Shown here piece by piece: positions 36,601 through 49,400 of a stretch of 64,000 nt of DNA. The stretch comes from Ostrea edulis. Taxonomy: Eukaryota. The notes under the pieces were generated by a model, which was given only the letters and a program-made list of their open reading frames with translations, ran no database searches and was not told where the DNA came from. How positions within the stretch are numbered: position 1 is the first letter of the stretch; each line of letters starts with the position of its first letter. The position numbers and the translations under genes were made by a program. The stretch is from NCBI RefSeq assembly GCF_947568905.1, contig NC_079166.1:28706001-28770000 (forward strand). The letters run 5' to 3'.

Positions 36601-39600
36601 GGAAATGATTGCGGTGGTTTTAATATCCCTATGTTCGCGGTCGGGGATTTCCCCGCGAAATTAAAACAACCGCAAATATTATGCAAGTGTGACACACTAT
36701 GTTTTGAACAGTTACCAGTAATCCGAATTGAGTTGAATTCCGCGAAAATAAAACTACCGCAATCAGACCAATATGAAAAAACCGAGTCTTTTAGTACCGC
36801 GAAATTAAAAACACTTACAGTATGCATGATGTCATATGATTTCCAGATTGTTCTTGAAATACACCACTCATATATGTAACTAAAACAGAATGAAAATGGG
36901 ATCAAGAATAGACAATTACAGAGAGTGTGATCTTTTTCACTAGTACCCCGAAACTTTATTGATCTTTACAAGTTGAATTTACATTACTTGATTGTTTAAA
37001 GAACCCATTTTATGCCAATATTTGTGGAAAAGGTACGTAGTCAGATTTCGAAATGAAATTTTTATGATGCCGTAGTAGACGATATTAAAAACATTTCTGT
37101 TAATGCAAGGTGAAGATAACGAACAGTGATCAATCTCATAACTCCTATAAGCAATACAAAATAGATAGTTGGGCAAACACGGACCCCTGGACACACCAGA
37201 GGTGGGACCAGGTGCCTAGGAGGAGTAAGCATCCCCTGTTGACCGGTCACACCCGCGGTGAGCCCTACATCCTGATAGCATTACTAGATATTAGACACAA
37301 TTGTCATTAAACACAGTCATTACATGTAGTAAGTTATCACTCTTCGAATTCCTATTCACGATTAGACTATTCCTCCACCTGTCACACCAGTCACGGGGCC
37401 TAAGTGGTTAGAGGTTCACTTCGTGACCGGAAGTAAGGTTTTGGGTTCCATTTTAACTGGATTCAATTACTTACATTGTTGCACTATTGTTCCACACAGG
37501 AGGTGATAGAGTGGGCGGTGGAGGAGGGAGCAGACTACATTGTGGGGGAGACTTTCTCCATTTTTGGGGAGGCCATGCTAGCTCTGGATTGTATCAAGGA
37601 GTACGGGAATGGTAAGGGTAAAATTATTACAGACGATATCATGGTAATGGTAGGGAAGCATCCGTGTGGAATATTTCAAGCATTTAAGGAAACGAAAAGG
37701 GATCAAACTAGTACTGTACTGATATAGGTAGAATAACAGCAGAAAGTATTCAAACACTGTTCTAAATATACCAGAACAATTCGGCGGAGTTCATAAATAA
37801 GTGTTGGGAAAGGTAAATGAAAATACCTGTGTAGCCTATCAAACATTTCGGAAAGGATCTACAGAAAAACAGAACCGATTGTATAACACATTATGAAAAA
37901 ATTGAGGGGGAACTCATTTTAAAGTATACCAATATCATACTGTAACGGGATTGATTGACTGTGTATTGTTTAACGTCCCTCTCGAGAATTTTTCATTCAT
38001 ATGGAAACGTCATCATTCCCAGTGAAGGGTTGTAAAATTTAGACCTATGCTCAGCGCTCACGGCCTTTGAGCAGGGAGGGATCTTTATCATGTCACACCT
38101 GTTGTGACATGGGCCTAAGCTTTTTCAGTCTCGTCCAAAGGACTGTCCCATTTAGTCGCCTCTTACGACAAGCAAGGGGTACTGAGGACCTATTCTAAAC
38201 CGCATTCGCGTAAACAATGCGTGATGGATTTCGGAGAAATATCAGAGCATACCAAACAGTAAAGGAATGGTAAGGAAAAGCAAGGGGAGTGATTGTGGGA
38301 TGTTTCAGATTGGGTGAGAGAGACAGAAAGAAATATCTTAGGTTTTCTACAACAACACGAAAAACAAGATACGAAATGTATATACTTTATCTATTAGATG
38401 GAGGATGAAGATAACGATCAGTGATCAATCTCATAAATCCCACAAGCAATACAAAATAGATTGTTGGACGAACATGGACTCCTGGTCGCACCAGAGGTGG
38501 GATCAGGTGTCTAGGAGGAGTGATTTCAAATGCCCTTTGATTATATAAATTCGTTGTTATCGGAATTCTGCTTTAATCTGAACTGTAGATAATATGAATT
38601 GCACTTTCTCATTTCTTTCTTGGTCTGATAATATAGTACAAAACAAAACGCATAATAATCGAGAATATCAAAAGGGAAATTCTTTCATACTGTGATCGCG
38701 AATATCAAACGTGATATCTTTATACATTGTAACCACGAATATAAAATTTTTAAATTCACACGAATATCAACAATAAAATTCTTAGTACTCGTTATGAGAA
38801 CAAGTAAGGATAGGTAATTGCAAGGATAATTTGAACATACAAATTCTTTTACATTGTAATTGCGATATCAAACGTGAAATTGTCACATATGGTAATCACG
38901 AAATTCTCACGAATATGTAACGTGAACGCAATATTAAATCCAGGTATCCCTGCTGTTATTACTTTGACTGCTCATATACCGGATAAGACAGTGGATGATG
39001 TCCCTTTACCGGAAGCTTGTCGCCGACTAGAGGAAGCGGGAGCGGTAGCTGTCGGACTCAACTGCTCCAGAGGTCCCAAAACTATGATCCCACTAATACG
39101 AGAGATCAGGAAAGCTTGCAAGGTTTGAATTGTGTTTCTAGTGTTTTTGTGTCCTTGTTGATGTTTGCCACTCCCATGAATCAATAACAGAAACGGAGTA
39201 CTATTATAGCACTGATTCAGCAATTCCAATATTTATACATTGAACATAAAGATATTTTAGGGTCCTATCGCTGCCATTCCTGTACCGTTTCGTTGTCAAG
39301 ACGACTGCCGCACGTTCTACTCTTTCAAGGATGACGAGACTGGTAAGAATTGGATACTCCATGATAATATAGGCCTATAAGGAATCCATCAATGATTCTC
39401 AGAAATATTTTTAAATCAGCAATTCCTATCTTTGCATTTTAGAGAAGTTTCTGTACCCGAACAATATTGAATGCAAAAAATGTTCATCAGACGACATTAT
39501 AGAATTTGCAACAGAGGCCAAAGAAATTGGTGTACAGTACATAGGCCTTTGTTGCGGAAACTGCTCAGCTTACATGCGTGATTTAGCGGAAGTCTACGGC

Positions 39601-39726
39601 CGAAAACCAGGGGCTAGTCGTTATTCGTGTGATCTGTCACTGTCATTGTTCTGGGGAAAGAAGAAAGTGTTGAATAAATCATGGGATAAAGAGTTGATGT
39701 ACATGGTGAATGGCACAGAGAAGTAA
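30651..39726 (+). CDS. BHMT: BHMT-like, copy 2 (351 aa, 7 exons)
   Basis: Exons 30651-30663, 33821-34011, 35774-35968, 37500-37611, 38944-39122, 39261-39342, 39443-39726. Same exon sizes and phases as copy 1, no stops or frameshifts, ends ...NGTEK-TAA. Confidence 0.93.
31350..32100 (-). mobile_element. Degenerate LINE (I/Jockey/Nimb-like) endonuclease-RT fragments
   Basis: GDKIAHIMLKHL...SW.NII.LAKP.......Y.PISITSLL.K is the RT N-terminus; a homologous piece also lies at ~19460-19780. Confidence 0.6.
33010..33620 (-). mobile_element. Penelope-like RT remnant in intron 1 of BHMT copy 2
   Basis: Reverse complement contains ATGCTGGAATTCCTCATTGAC and 3' sequence shared with the other PLE copies. 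Confidence 0.55.
34829..35097 (-). mobile_element. Full-length SINE with 12-bp TSD
   Basis: TSD TTGAAAAGTGAT (34817-34828, 35098-35109); (CAAT)n tail; inserted in a tandem of PLE terminal repeats. Confidence 0.9.
36591..36820. mobile_element. Tc1/mariner-type MITE
   Basis: TA-CTGTAA...TTACAG-TA with repeated internal CCGCGAAA motifs. Confidence 0.65.
37110..37275 (-). mobile_element. Penelope-like terminal repeat copy
   Basis: GTGAAGATAACGAACAGTGATCAATCTCATAA...GGTCACACCCG; similar copies near 20030, 35110, 38400, 40150, 45050, 45490, 46240, 49200 and 51040. Confidence 0.7.
37950..38205 (-). mobile_element. SINE copy
   Basis: Same head, core and tail as 34829-35097. Confidence 0.8.
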
Positions 39727-40039
39727 AGAATCTCATTCCACATCAGGAATTAAGTCTAGAAAGACTTTCTACACAGGACCATCTCTAAAGTTTCACATGT
39801 ACTTCACTGCCGTATGTTATCGCATGGGTTTTTGTACATGTACAGTTTCAGAATTTCATCAATTGATAAATATTCCAAAAGTACACAATCTGTTTTTTTT
39901 TTTAAATATAGAAAAAGTACTATCAAGGGATAAACTTTTTGAGGGAAAATAAATAAATGTACAAACTCATACTTAGCTTGATAAAGTATATTGTATATAG
40001 TTGGTATGTAATTAAGATCTTCACTCGTACTAATCTTGT

Positions 40040-40800
40040 GACCAGTCATCCCAAAAATTGCTCTTAATACTACTCTGATTCTACGCACAAGCACTCTGAA
40101 GATGATATAAAAATATGCTGGAGTTCCTCATTGACAAAATCTACGTTGTGAAAGGTGACGATAACGAACAGTGATCAATCTCAAAACTTCCATAAGCAAT
40201 ACAAAATATATAGTTGGGCAAACACGGACCCATGGACACACCAGAGGTGTTTTAGTAGTCTTTAGTAGTCAGGTTTTCGAACCGTCTGTTGAAATTCCCA
40301 TGGGCACGAATTATGCTCCTTTGCTAGCTGACTTCTTTTTATTTCTAACGAGGCAGAATTTATTTAAAAGCTTAATATTATGCTGTGACCTTCAATTCGA
40401 CCGTTAGATATATTGACGACATTTTATCTATCAATCATGCTCATTTTGATATGTTGTTTCGGTATATCCCAAACGACTCGAAATAAAAGACCCATCCATA
40501 TTGGCTTCATACCTGGATATTTTAATGAACATAAACGTTAGCGGCAAACTAACAACTCATCTTTATGACAAACGGGATGACTTCAGATTCTCCATCGTCA
40601 ACTTTCCATATTTATGTGGCAATATTCCATTATCACCTGTATATCATGCCTCTGAACTGATTTGATATACTCAAGGGCATGTTCTGTGTATGGTCAGTTT
40701 TTAAATCGAGTCAGGATAATTACAAATAAGCTGATATTATAGAAGTTTTAACTGTCTTCATTAAAGTCAGCATTTTTCAAACTATATGGTCGTTATTTAC
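40040..40800 (+). mobile_element. Penelope-like RT fragment downstream of BHMT copy 2
   Basis: VEIPMGTNYAPLLADFFL, YIDD (TATATTGACGAC), LYDKRDDFRFSIVNFPYLC; an inverted terminal repeat is inserted at ~40150-40250. Confidence 0.75.
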
Positions 40801-41827
40801 CTAAAAGTTAACAAATTGTGACCCTAAATTACATGTAAATGTAATCTTTACATACTAGTGCTGGTGCACAAAATATGCTCTGAACAGGTACCACATTCTT
40901 GCTTTCATTTCCTTCCATTTGGTCTAATCTGCACCACATCCACACCATCACAATACGAAGTGAAGGAATTTAAACACTGCACAATCAAGAGTCCTGTCTG
41001 CCCTTCTTAAAAAAATTACCTTCAACTGGGGCTATCCACCTTCCCTCTCAGCTACAGACCTTTTGCTGAACTATGCATGTTTTCATCAAAATTTCTTCAT
41101 AAATTGACCACGTGTCTTATTTTCGTATTTGCACCCATCTATGTGCTAAGAATCACGATGACACTTACATATTGCATACCAACTTATGTATTAAGCACCC
41201 AGCTACATTAGACATGTATCCTAAATCATTGTATACAATACTATATCACTTCAAATATGGGGTATTTTCATTTTAAATAAAGTTAATCGGGCCTATGGTG
41301 CGAAACTGTCTCCTCCTACTTCAGGTACAATAGGGATTTTCAGCACTCAATCTGAAGCTACATTCTGATAATGAATTAGTTTATTTCCATCAAAGAAAAT
41401 GTTTGGAGAACAAATTGGTTTTGTGTTGCATGTCCACGTTTTGGCGCAAAGTGCCATATTAACATCATCTATCATTTACATTCTTAAGGCTGCATTGGGT
41501 CCATATAATATAATAGCGGTTTGGCGTCCAAATAGAAGACAGCAAGAAAGTTCTGTCGCCATAAGTTAAAGGTTGCTTTAGTCGTCCTTTTCCCTCAATT
41601 TTGTCATATTTTCCATGTTGTCTACCTTCCCAAATCACGACAAGACGACAAAATCACAGACGAGCTACCATACTGAAGCGAAGTAATTTCGGCACTAATA
41701 TAGGTCAGTCATATGTGTCCATCTTGTTTATATATCATTGTTTGTTTATCACGAGCTTAATGTGCGTGTACACACCTATTTTTTATTTTTACTCAGGTTC
41801 ATCTTTTGAACAGGAAAGTTACGCAAC

Positions 41828-44800
41828 ATGCCAAAGCGGGGTATGTATACTATTCTTTTAATGCTGGATACTGCATGATATAATTTAGACTTAAATTAAA
41901 AGCTAAGGTGCAGACGATATGGATTAAAGTAATAATTGTTAAATTCATTCCGTAAGTTCGCTAACCCATGGAAAGCCGTTGATGAAGTTTAAATCAATCT
42001 CTCTATTTTTTTTTTCAATGTTGGTAGGCCAAGATTAGTTGTTATCCGAACTTAACATATAATGTAGGCATATCGAAAACATTACATCAAAGCAATTCTT
42101 GTACATCTAACGCTAGAGTTCTGTTATTGAACTCCATACATGAAACATTTCGTATTGTGTAGTCCCTACTGTGTATTGGATGTCATGGGGGATAGGAACA
42201 CCAAACATTTTCTTTTATCCACATGTATTGTCAATGAACTTACAACAACTGATTATCAATCTATGTCTTCTAATTGTGATATGCTCATTTCCAATTCAAA
42301 TTATTAAATTAGCAAAAGACTATTACAAATAAATCGTTATGGTTCTATTATGATTCCTGGTGAATTCAGCACCTTGACAGTATGTGCATTCTGCATACAA
42401 ATGTTGTGAAAAACAATATGAAAGTAGGTCGATGTCTGTGAACTGTGAGTGAACTGCGAGTTCTTGTAAAGTCATTGACCCCAGATATTTACTCTGTATG
42501 CTATTATTTAATCTGTATCCACTGTTGACTCCTATGATATCATTTGATCTTCATGGAACAACATTTCACGTATGTGCAAACTGTCGTTTTACCCTAGAAA
42601 TTGACAGCAGGTCGTCTTATATTTCTGTCTTAGATCGATGACTCAAATAATTTTATCCAACGTTTTAAAGGGATTGGTTCACGATTTTTGATAAAAATAT
42701 TTTTCATTTTTGATGTTAAACATTGAAAATATTACTCATTTAATGTTGACAGCCGAACTTTTGACCTTCTGAATGCAAGAATAAAAACAATATTTTAGAC
42801 TTAAATCTGTGTTATGTAAACAAAGACTCGAGTCTTTTTATGTAAACAAACAAACAAGTGAAATATTGATTTTGTAATATAAAGCATCTTGATTTTGCAT
42901 AGTCAAATTTTAAAGTTTTAGATGACACATTTCACTCCAAAAATGCTTGAAATTTGAAAGATATAATAAACTTAGATCGATATTCATTTCTTTTGGAAAA
43001 AATCGTAAACAATAACAAACCGCAATCTTTGTTTAAAAAACAAATAATAAACTCTCTAAAGTCAGATTCTGTGATAATGTATAACCTTAATTTTTATGTG
43101 AAATCTTTTAAATACAGTAGACAGTAGATTTTGATCATTAAAAGTAAACAAGTTCTTCATTAATATTTGTTGGAAGAAACATTTAACCTGTGCAAAACCA
43201 ATAACTCGGCAAGTAGGTTAATTACATGTAAGGATGAATAAAACACCAGGTACAACAGTTATAGATTGACAGTACATAACATGATATTTTCGAACGTTAA
43301 AACTTCAAAACATGGGGAAATATCTTTTTTAGACAGTCATGTAAAATTTTAAAACCTTACGAGATTCGAATTCACGATTTACAAATCTTTATCTCTTTCA
43401 TACTAAATCATTCAGTTAATCGACTATAACATATATTTTTTTTTTAGATTTTAAAGGACAAAGAATATATATGTATTACCGATATTCATTTTTCTGTCTG
43501 TGATTTGAAAAGATATGATACTCTTCCATATCGTAACAAAATAATGGAGACACAGTCAGTGAAGTGAAAATTGAAGAATGTTTCACCTTCTGTTTTGACG
43601 TTTGTTTCTTGTGTGTTTGAATCATACCACTTGGTGATGTCGATATTAGTTTTAGTTTGCTTATAACATACCCACTATCCAAAACGTAGGTACATAGTTA
43701 CTGAAAAACTACATACAAATATACATTGTCGTTCTCCAGGGAAGCGGGCTGGGACCTTTCTCATCCACGTCCCCATTCCACATACACAAGTAAGATAATA
43801 TGAAAAATCTGACATAAGTCTCATCTCTTGGAGTATATAACCTGAGACCCCATCCATGTATCAAACTTAGAGTATTCTGGGAAAATAAACTTAACGTTGT
43901 CTGTTTAACGATACTATACATATTTACAGGACTGATAGAAAGGCTTAATGCCGGGGAAAACGTGCTGATTGCCAATGGATACATGTGGGAGTTCGCTCGC
44001 CGGGGGTACCTAGCTCTTGGCGGATATGTACCGGAAGTGGTGATCGAACATCCGAAATTGGTAACACAGCTTCACGAGGAGTTTGTTCACGCCGGAACTG
44101 ACGTACTGCCCGCCTTCACTGTGAGTTGTGTTCAGTCTTTACTCTTAGTTACCTCACCAAATATCAATTCCAAAACTTCACCATACCTATATATACAAAT
44201 GCACTAATGCTTTTAACAGTATTTGATGTTGCTCTACACAATAACCAGGTTTTTAACTGAATGTAAACAGTATTCTGTTTGACATTCTCTATTCACTATG
44301 GGAATATACCCTTTGATGTATAATACACTTTCAAAGATATGACAATTACCTATACATTCAGCCTGAGGATTCCTTTGAAATATAGCCTTTTCTGTACCAT
44401 TTGATATTTATGCATGGGATACATGCCAAAATCAAAAGTTGTTTAATTCGTGAATACAAATTATTTATTTCTCTTTATCCTTACCTTGGCATTAGCACCA
44501 GTCATTCTAAAAAAAATATAAGCATTACTTTGTCATTTCTAAACAAAATATTGACACATGTACATTTAGAACACAAGAATGATCAGAAGCATAACCTTTG
44601 AAGTATTGTGTTGTAAAATTTATTTATTCGTATTCAAGTCAGTATGAAATTCAAAACCTTTGTACAGTATTTTGGACACAGAGAGAAGATGCGTTCGATT
44701 GGTAGAGAGGCTGAAGTTGAAGACTTAAACAGACAGGCTCTGAAAATTGCCAGAAAAGTGGCGGATCGAACCGGTAGTCTTATGGCTGGGGGCGTGAGTC

Positions 44801-47800
44801 ATACTCAAATTTACTCTGCAGATGACCCAGCAACACACGATAAATGCAGAGCAATATTCAAGGTATAGCATATGTTCCTAGAGATGTACTGATTCATTTT
44901 ACTAATTTAAGAATTTCATCTAGAATAAATTTGCTTGATAAAAATTATGTCAGTATTTCGCAAATTCTATTGTCGTTATAGCGATCTAATTTACAAATAT
45001 AACCTGTCATTTTGTTAAATGCTGTCTGACGTGTTCATACAAATTGTTAGGCCGTTCATTACACATCAAGATATAGGGCTCACGGCGGGTGTGACCGGTC
45101 GACAGGGGACGCTTACTCCTCCTAAGCACCTGATCCTATCATCTCTGGTAAAGTGTATGTCCAGTATCCACGTTTGCCTTACTCTTAATTTTGTATTGTT
45201 TGTAGGAGCTATAAGATTGATCACTGTTCGTTATCTTCACCTTTTCATTGCTCAATACATTGATAAAGTAATCAGATGGTTGTGTGAGTGATTGATAATA
45301 GGTAGATTCCATTCATTTCAAGACTATTGAAATAAACGTTACATAGCCATGCCTGCAATTTGCAGACGATACAATTCAATTAGTGGTTTAGATTTTATGC
45401 AGGGATTAGCATTCCCTAATGTATAGGGTATTGTATCCAAATAATTAATGCACTCATGGCAAAAAAAAAAATAATAACAACTCTGTATTCAGTGATAAAT
45501 CTCATAAATCCAATAAGCAATAGAAAATAGAGAGTTGGGAGAACACGGACTCCTGGATATATCAGAGGTGGGAACGGTTGCCCAAGAGGACTAAGCATCC
45601 CCTGTCGACGGTCACGTCCGTGGTGAGCTCTGTATCTTGATCAGGTGAATGGATTTATCCGTAGTCAAAATCAGTGCGCCAAGAACGGCCTAACAATCTA
45701 TATCAAACACATTAGACAGTATTTGACCCAATGATTGATTATATTGACCAATTATATTATTATAACGACCATAGAATTTGCAGTATGCTGACTTTAAACA
45801 AAACTGTTGAAACCTTAAACTATTACCCTTGGAATGGTTACGTCATCACCTACTATCGTATATTCATATGGGTTCTGTTTTTATCTTTGTTTGCAAAGGA
45901 ATACTTATTGACGTATAATTTTGTATTTCATTGTTATTCCTCCACAGGAGATGATTGGATGGGCGGTAGAAGAAGGGGTGGACTACATAATGGGGGAGAC
46001 TTTCTCCATATTAGGGGAGGCGATGCTGGCTCTGGAGTGCATCAAAGAGTACGGAAAAGGTAAGGACATATACCTTAACAACATACCTTAACAGGATAAC
46101 AAAACAGTACAATAAAGGCAAAGACTTACCTTTACAGGATATAGAAACTCTACGATGAAAGGTAAGATTATACAATGACAGGATATCAAAACAGTACAGG
46201 AAAAGTAAGGAATACCTTTGATGATATCACATAGTTATGAGATTGATCACTGTTCGTTATCTTCACCTTGCATTGGTAAGAGGGAGATAAAGGTATACCT
46301 TTATATGATATCAAAACAGTGCGTGGAAGGTTAGAGCCTACCTTTAGTGGATATTACAGGAAACATAAAGGGACATCTCAAAGTGAGTGAATGAGTGTCA
46401 AACAATACTGAGGAGATAAAGGCAAAAGATGCGCCACACATAACGGGAGAAGAAAAGAGTTGAATTGCTGTGGATGATATCAATAGGTAACTGGTAAAGG
46501 AAGATCACCATAGAGTGGAGCGTCATATCACAAACTGTATCTTATGTTTTTCTTCAAATTTATATAAAGGTCAGGAAAGTCCACTGTAGGGTAAATATCA
46601 TCATGTTTTCTACTGATCACCTCTCAGTAGAAACAAATTACAAAACAAATGTAGGCATCTCGCATATGATATTCATTTTCACTTACAATGTGGCCAAATC
46701 ACAAATATAACAAATATTTTCGTATAGAGGGTTTATTCCATGGGTCTAAAATTTGGCACTTTGCTGGTTCAAAGGTATGCTAATAATTTTAGCGGAATAA
46801 ATTTTGTCGGACAGGGATGGAGTTTTTTCTCTTTCAAATACTGAAGTTGCAATAGGATGCATTTTTGGCGGGTGGAATTTTGGCGGCAAGCTATCTAACC
46901 GCTAAAATAAGCCAAAATTATAATCCCACGAAAAAAGAGCGCTATACGGTATATAGTTACATATAGTTCTAGTATTACTCCTCCTAGGCACCTAATATTA
47001 CTTCATAGGTTAATATGATATTGTCCATTAGTTTCAATTCACTCTGAGTATAATATTCAGTCTACAATATGTACATATGTACATTTGAATAGTTAAAATA
47101 TTTATCTAGCCTGCATTAATCGTATTTTCTGGTCAATCCCTTCATATTTCCTGTAACAAAATCTTCCAACTTTATCTTATATCGGTTACACATAAATTGG
47201 GCTTTTAAAATGTCCTTATGCACAAATCAAAAGTGAAATCCCTGCTCATTACACCACAGGTCTCCCCGCTGTGATCACGCTGTGTGCCCACGTCCCAGAT
47301 CAGACGCTGGATGAAGTTCCAATACCGGAAGCTTGTCGCCGACTGGAGGAAGCTGGGGCGGTAGTGGTCGGACTCAACTGCTCCAGAGGTCCCAAGACAA
47401 TGATTCCACTGATACGAGAGATCAGGAAAGCTTGCAAGGTTTGAATAGTAATTGTATCATGTTCTTTGTTCCTTGAATATTCTAACTCTATGACTAGACG
47501 TGTTATTTGGATGTAACACTGTAACAGTAGCCTATATCTCTTTTCGTTCAAAAGATGGCATATGGATATATAAAAAAAGGATACTTTTCCTAGTAGAGGT
47601 TCATTTTCAAAATATAAGGAAAAGAAACCGTTCACCTCATTTATGTATGTTTCAGGGCCCCATCGCCGCCATACCTGTACCGTTCCGTTGTCATGACGAC
47701 TGCTGCACATACTTTTCCTTTAAGGACAGCGAAACAGGTACGAAGATAAATTTTACACAGAATGGCCATTACTTTGGCATTCATATAATTTACATCATGC

Positions 47801-48129
47801 TTCTTTTTTCTTCAGATAAGCTTCTTTTTCCAAACAATCTTGAATGCAAAAAATGTTCCTCAGACGATATCAGAGAATTTGCAACAGAAGCAAAAGAAAT
47901 TGGAGTGCAGTATATAGGTCTTTGTTGCGGGAACTGCTCAGCTTACATGCGTGATCTAGCGGAAGTCTACGGCCGACATCCAGAGGCTAGTCGTTATTCG
48001 TGTGATCTATCGTTGTCGTTTGTTTGGGGAAAGAAGAAAGAGTTGAATAAATCTGGGGATAAAGAGTTTATGTACATGGTGTATGGAACAGATATTTTGT
48101 ACCCTACTGTTATAAATGTTCCCCAGTAG
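41828..48129 (+). CDS. BHMT: BHMT-like, copy 3 (361 aa, 7 exons)
   Basis: Exons 41828-41840, 43930-44120, 44668-44862, 45948-46059, 47260-47438, 47656-47737, 47816-48129. Intact frame, GLNC and GLCCG retained, extended C-terminus [14 protein letters not shown]. Confidence 0.93.
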
Positions 48130-48934
48130 TAGTTTGAATTTCAGAATTTCATGGATTTATAAATATTTTAAAAGTGACTTATCTTAAGTTTTATACCTAG
48201 TGACATGGTCATGGAATAAACATTTCAGAATATATTGAAAAAAACAACAACACTGTGTTGAGGAATGATATGGAAATTGTACTTATATTATGGAACGCCG
48301 TCATAGAATGTAAAACTTATACGGTACCAATTTTGATGCAACAGCTGAGGATTTCGACAAATAATATCTCTTCAGTGATGCTTAACCGAATTTTGGAAAT
48401 CCGAAATAACAACATACTTGTTAGAGCTATTTTAGGGAAAATCAGAGTGCGAAAAAGTGGAGACAAATTCGTCGAAGGATAAGAGCTATTCATGAGGGAG
48501 AGCATCCTTAATTTTGAAATGAATTTCTATATTTTATCACAGTAATTAAATATACATCCGTATTTTCAAGCTAGTATAACGAAGTATTAGCTACTGGGCT
48601 GTACAGACCCTCGGGACTAATAGTCCACCAGCAGAGGCCTTGACCCAGGGGTGATAATGTAAAACTTATACGGTACCAATTTTGATGCACCAGATGCGCA
48701 TTTCGACAAATGAATGTGTAACGGTCTGTAATGATATTAATCGATAAAGGTAACAATTACGTAGACAAGAAATTGGATATTATGTGTGATATATTTCAGC
48801 AGTGTTTCAGTGATTGTAGTCTTAGCTTCATGACTTCGTCATGGGTTCAAGCTCATCTCGTACATGTACCTTGGCCTTGTCAACGAGTGCGATGTTTTAA
48901 ATGGCAGCTAAAAATAATACAATACTTCAACTTT

Positions 48935-49400
48935 CCATGTTTATGTAACAATAATCCAATATCACCTACATAGGGTGTTTCTATCTCTCGACTGATTCGA
49001 TACGCAAAAGCTCGTGCTACGAGTGAGCAGTTCTTAAAGCGAGACAAGTTACTGACAAACAGGTTGATTCAATAGTCTTGTTTAAAATCAGCATTTCGCA
49101 AATTCTATGATCAGTGTAATGATCTAGTTTGCCAATACAACCTGTCGTTGTGTCAAATACTGTCCGAGTTGTTTCATACTAATTGTAAGGCGTTTTTGCT
49201 ACAGTAATTCCGACTACAGATTACTCCGTTTACCTCATGAAGATATAGGGCTCACGGAGGGTGTGACAGGTCGACAGGGTATGCTTAAACCTCCAAGGCA
49301 CTTGATGGATGTACCACCTCTGGTATATACAGGGATCTGTGTTTGCACAAATTTGAATTTTGTATTCCTTATAGTTTATGTGATTGATTATATTCACCTT
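48935..49400 (+). mobile_element. Penelope-like 3' fragment downstream of BHMT copy 3
   Basis: NFPCLC.N.PISP..GVSISRLIRYAKA followed by the terminal repeat. Confidence 0.7.

Noticed and set aside
37062-37310. Short ORFs such as MTGQQGMLTPPRHL (also near 45019, 45416, 49263)
   Set aside because: Recurrent translations of the Penelope-like terminal repeat, not genes.
42664-43300. Kolobok-like left end TTAAAGGGATTGGTTCACGATTT
   Set aside because: No matching right TIR or TSD found.
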